Positions 61,599 to 64,000 of a stretch of 64,000 bases of DNA are shown in pieces. The stretch's first letter is position 1. Each line of letters opens with the position of its first letter. The notes beneath the pieces were generated by a model. It was not told the DNA's origin, made no database searches, and saw nothing but the letters and a program-made list of their open reading frames with translations. Source of the DNA: an uncultured Candidatus Rokubacteria bacterium. Lineage in GTDB: Bacteria > Methylomirabilota > Methylomirabilia > Rokubacteriales > DASRDR01. The translations under genes and the position numbers were made by a program. Where the stretch lies: contig CAWGVS010000006.1 in NCBI GenBank assembly GCA_963826115.1, positions 736,001 to 800,000 of the forward strand, in the 5' to 3' direction.

Positions 61599-62230
61599 AT
61601 GACGAAGACCGTGTACCGACCGCAGGAGGTGCATCTCTCGGGGCTGACCGGGATCTCCGACCGGACGCTGGAGATGCACGTCGACCTGTATCGGGGATAC
61701 GTCAAGAACACGAACCTGCTCACCGAGCAGCTGGCGGAGATGCGGCACGCGGGGCGGGCCGGCGCGGCGAATCCGGCCTACGCGGAGCTGACCCGCCGCC
61801 TGGGATTCGAGTACGGCGGGATGGTGCTTCACGAGTACTACTTCGGCAACCTCGCCCCCAAGGGGCGGGGTGAGGCGTCCGTACCCTTGCGCCAGGCCCT
61901 CGAGCAGGCGTTCGGCGGCCTCGACGCCTGGAAGGCCGACTTCGCCGCGGTGGGGAGCCTGCGGGGCGTGGGCTGGGCGATCCTCTACGAGGATCCCGCC
62001 AACACGCCAGCTCTCGAACCAGTGGGTCACCCTCCACCAGCAGGGTGTGCCGCCCGGCTTCAAGCCGCTGCTGGTGATGGACGTGTGGGAGCACGCGTAC
62101 CTGCTCGACTACACGCCGGCCGAGCGGGGCAAGTACATCGACGCGTTCTTCGCGCAACATCGACTGGACCGCGGTCAACGGCCGGCTGGCGAGCCCGGTG
62201 GCGGATCGCGTGGTGCGCCACGCGGCCTGA
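61599..62230 (+). CDS. Fe/Mn superoxide dismutase (indels ~62005 and ~62150)
   Basis: TLEMH..Y.GYV, LHEYYF.NL, GVGWA, MDVWEHAY. Confidence 0.88.
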
Positions 62231-62274
62231 CGGACGTGCCGGCGGCATCATGCGCGGAAGGAGGGACCGGAGCC

Positions 62275-62980
62275 ATGAAGAAGGTCATTCCTGCGTCGGC
62301 GCGATGGGAGTCGGACCGGCGGCGGCGCTTCTCGTGTGGACGGCCGTGGTGGGCGCGCAGGCGGGCGGCGAGGTGGCGGGCGAGGTCAAGCTCGTCGGAG
62401 CGCCCCCGCCGGCCCGCGTCGTGGAGGTGAACAAGGACACTGGCGGTCTGCGGCAAGGAGAAGAAGATCGTCGACGTCAGCGGTCGGCCCGGGCAACGGC
62501 CTGGCCGGCGCCGTCGTCTCGATGCCAGACGCGAAGGGCAAGCAGTCGCCAGGCAAGGCCACGCTCGACCAGAAGGGGTGCGAGTTCCACCCGGAGGTCC
62601 TGGTCATGGCGCCCGGCGAGCTCGACGTCAGGAACTCGGACGGGATCCTCCACAACATCCACAGCTTCTCGTCGGCCAACTCTCCCTTCAACATGGCGCA
62701 GCCGAAGTTCCGGAAGGTGATCTCCGAGGAGATCGGCAAGCCGGAGATCATCCGGGTCCAGTGCGACGTGCACAGCTGGATGCACGGCTGGCTGTTCGTG
62801 ACGGACCATCCGGCGACCGTGACCGATACCGCCGGCGCCTTCACGCTCGAGAACCTCTCTCCGGGGAAGCACAAGATCGAGGTCTGGCACCCTGTCCTCG
62901 GATCGCAGTCGAAGACCGTGGACGTCAAGCCCGGCGAGACGGTGAGGGTGACCTTCGAGCTGGCGACGAAGAAAGGCTGA
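62275..62980 (+). CDS. Exported cupredoxin-like/carboxypeptidase-regulatory-like domain protein (indels)
   Basis: LDQKGCEFHP, NSDGILHNIH, CDVHSWM, VWHP. Confidence 0.82.
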
Positions 62981-63231
62981 GCGCTCTCCCGGGGGCGAGG
63001 GTCAGGCCGCGAGCCGGATCGCGGCGGACCCACGTGCAGCCCGGCATTGGCCCGCGCGACGATCTCTTTGATCCCCAGCTCTGCGTAATTGAGGTCACAC
63101 GCTGTGCTCGGGCCCCGCCTGGCGCGGGGCGCCCTTGCGCCGGCGCGCCCCGGCCGGGTAGAAGCGAGTGACGGCAGCGCCGCGATGGCCGGCCGCCTTG
63201 ACGTGACCCCGGACCGAGGAGCCCACACGCC

Positions 63232-64000
63232 ATGCCGAAGCCCCGACTCGACGCGCGCGCGAAGGCCCTGCTCGCCCAGCGACCGCCCGCGGACGCCGTG
63301 TCCTACATGCCGCCGCCCGGGCGGCTCTCCCTCATCATCAAGCTGGTCGGCACCGACCAGGACCGCCTGACGCGCCCCGGCGACCGCGGCCTCTTCTGCT
63401 ACACGGACCGGCTGAGCTACCAGCCGGGCGACGAGGTGCGGTTTCACACGTCGACCTCGGCGTCGCGCTACTCCATCGAGATCGCGCGGGTCGGCGCCGC
63501 GCGCGAGGTGGTGTGGACGAAGAGCGGCATCCCGGGCGCGCTCCACCCGACGCCGCCCGAGGCCTACGGCCGCGGCTGCGGCTGGCCGGACGGCTTCGGC
63601 TTCCGGATCCCGAAGGACTGGCGGTCCGGCTACTACGCGGTGACGCTCCGGGCCGAGGACCGGAAGGGCGAGCCTCTCGAGTGGGACCACTTCTTCGTCG
63701 TGCGGGCGCCCGCCGGGAAGCGCGCCGCGCGGATCTTGATGATCCTCTCGACCAACACCTACGCCGCGTACAACACCTGGGGCGGGAAGTGCCTCTATGC
63801 CAGCGACGACCGGTCCGTCGCGTGCCGGCTCTCGTTCCAGCGGCCGTGGCAGCGGGGCCTCCTGCGCCGGCCGCCGAGCACGATCCGCAACATCAACGCG
63901 GGAATCCCGGGCTTCGGCGAGCGCCCGGTGTTCGACGCGCCGCCGCGCCAGGTCCAGCAGGGCTACCATCACTGGACGCGCTTCGCCGGCTTCCAGACGT
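63232..64000 (+). CDS. N,N-dimethylformamidase beta-subunit family (DUF6605-like), 3'-truncated by window edge
   Basis: YTDRLSYQPGD, GCGWP, WRSGYY, FFVVR, TNTYAAYNTWGG..LY; open to the window end. Confidence 0.85.
   Translation, partial: MPKPRLDARAKALLAQRPPADAVSYMPPPGRLSLIIKLVGTDQDRLTRPGDRGLFCYTDRLSYQPGDEVRFHTSTSASRYSIEIARVGAAREVVWTKSGIPGALHPTPPEAYGRGCGWPDGFGFRIPKDWRSGYYAVTLRAEDRKGEPLEWDHFFVVRAPAGKRAARILMILSTNTYAAYNTWGGKCLYASDDRSVACRLSFQRPWQRGLLRRPPSTIRNINAGIPGFGERPVFDAPPRQVQQGYHHWTRFAGFQT

Noticed and set aside
213-63972. Many long overlapping or antisense ORFs (e.g. 213..1691, 14603..16915, 32766..35348, 44910..48014, 49300..51687, 62386..63972)
   Set aside because: Shadow frames expected at this GC content: Arg/Gly/Pro-rich or antisense to genes with clear motifs
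1-64000. tRNA, rRNA, CRISPR, IS or prophage elements
   Set aside because: No such signatures seen by eye; tRNAscan-SE and Infernal would be needed to exclude small RNAs

Overview
A 64 kb window of very GC-rich bacterial chromosome holding about 60 protein-coding genes. I saw no rRNA, tRNA, CRISPR array or recognisable IS element or integrase. Gene content resembles soil Rokubacteria/Methylomirabilota-type genomes (inference only). Many genes in 7-22 kb, 30.6-31.7 kb and 58.7-62.5 kb carry 1-2 nt indels that look like long-read consensus errors. Main blocks: an OmpR/CusS-like two-component system with a small periplasmic target; an IclR-controlled sugar-acid catabolic/ABC locus containing a LarA-family gene; a probable selenoprotein peroxiredoxin-like gene (in-frame TGA in a UxxC motif followed by a SECIS-like hairpin) missed by the ORF track; a copper-trafficking operon (SCO, PCuAC, VKOR, CopC, cytochrome c) headed by a leaderless RAPP-motif leader; an adenylate cyclase-AAA-TPR gene; a lower-GC pair of unknown genes; a RiPP-precursor-like gene followed by a cNMP-binding gene and an RRE-M50 pseudo-peptidase gene; an unannotated three-gene operon (two possible TULIP-like proteins plus a beta-sandwich protein) flanked by sigma54 promoters; a papain-like/alpha-beta hydrolase fusion; and a Crp/Fnr island whose GTGAC-N4-GTCAC-type boxes precede a cytochrome c, an extra RpoD-like sigma factor, an SOD and other genes. 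All family calls come from reading motifs by eye; no searches were run.
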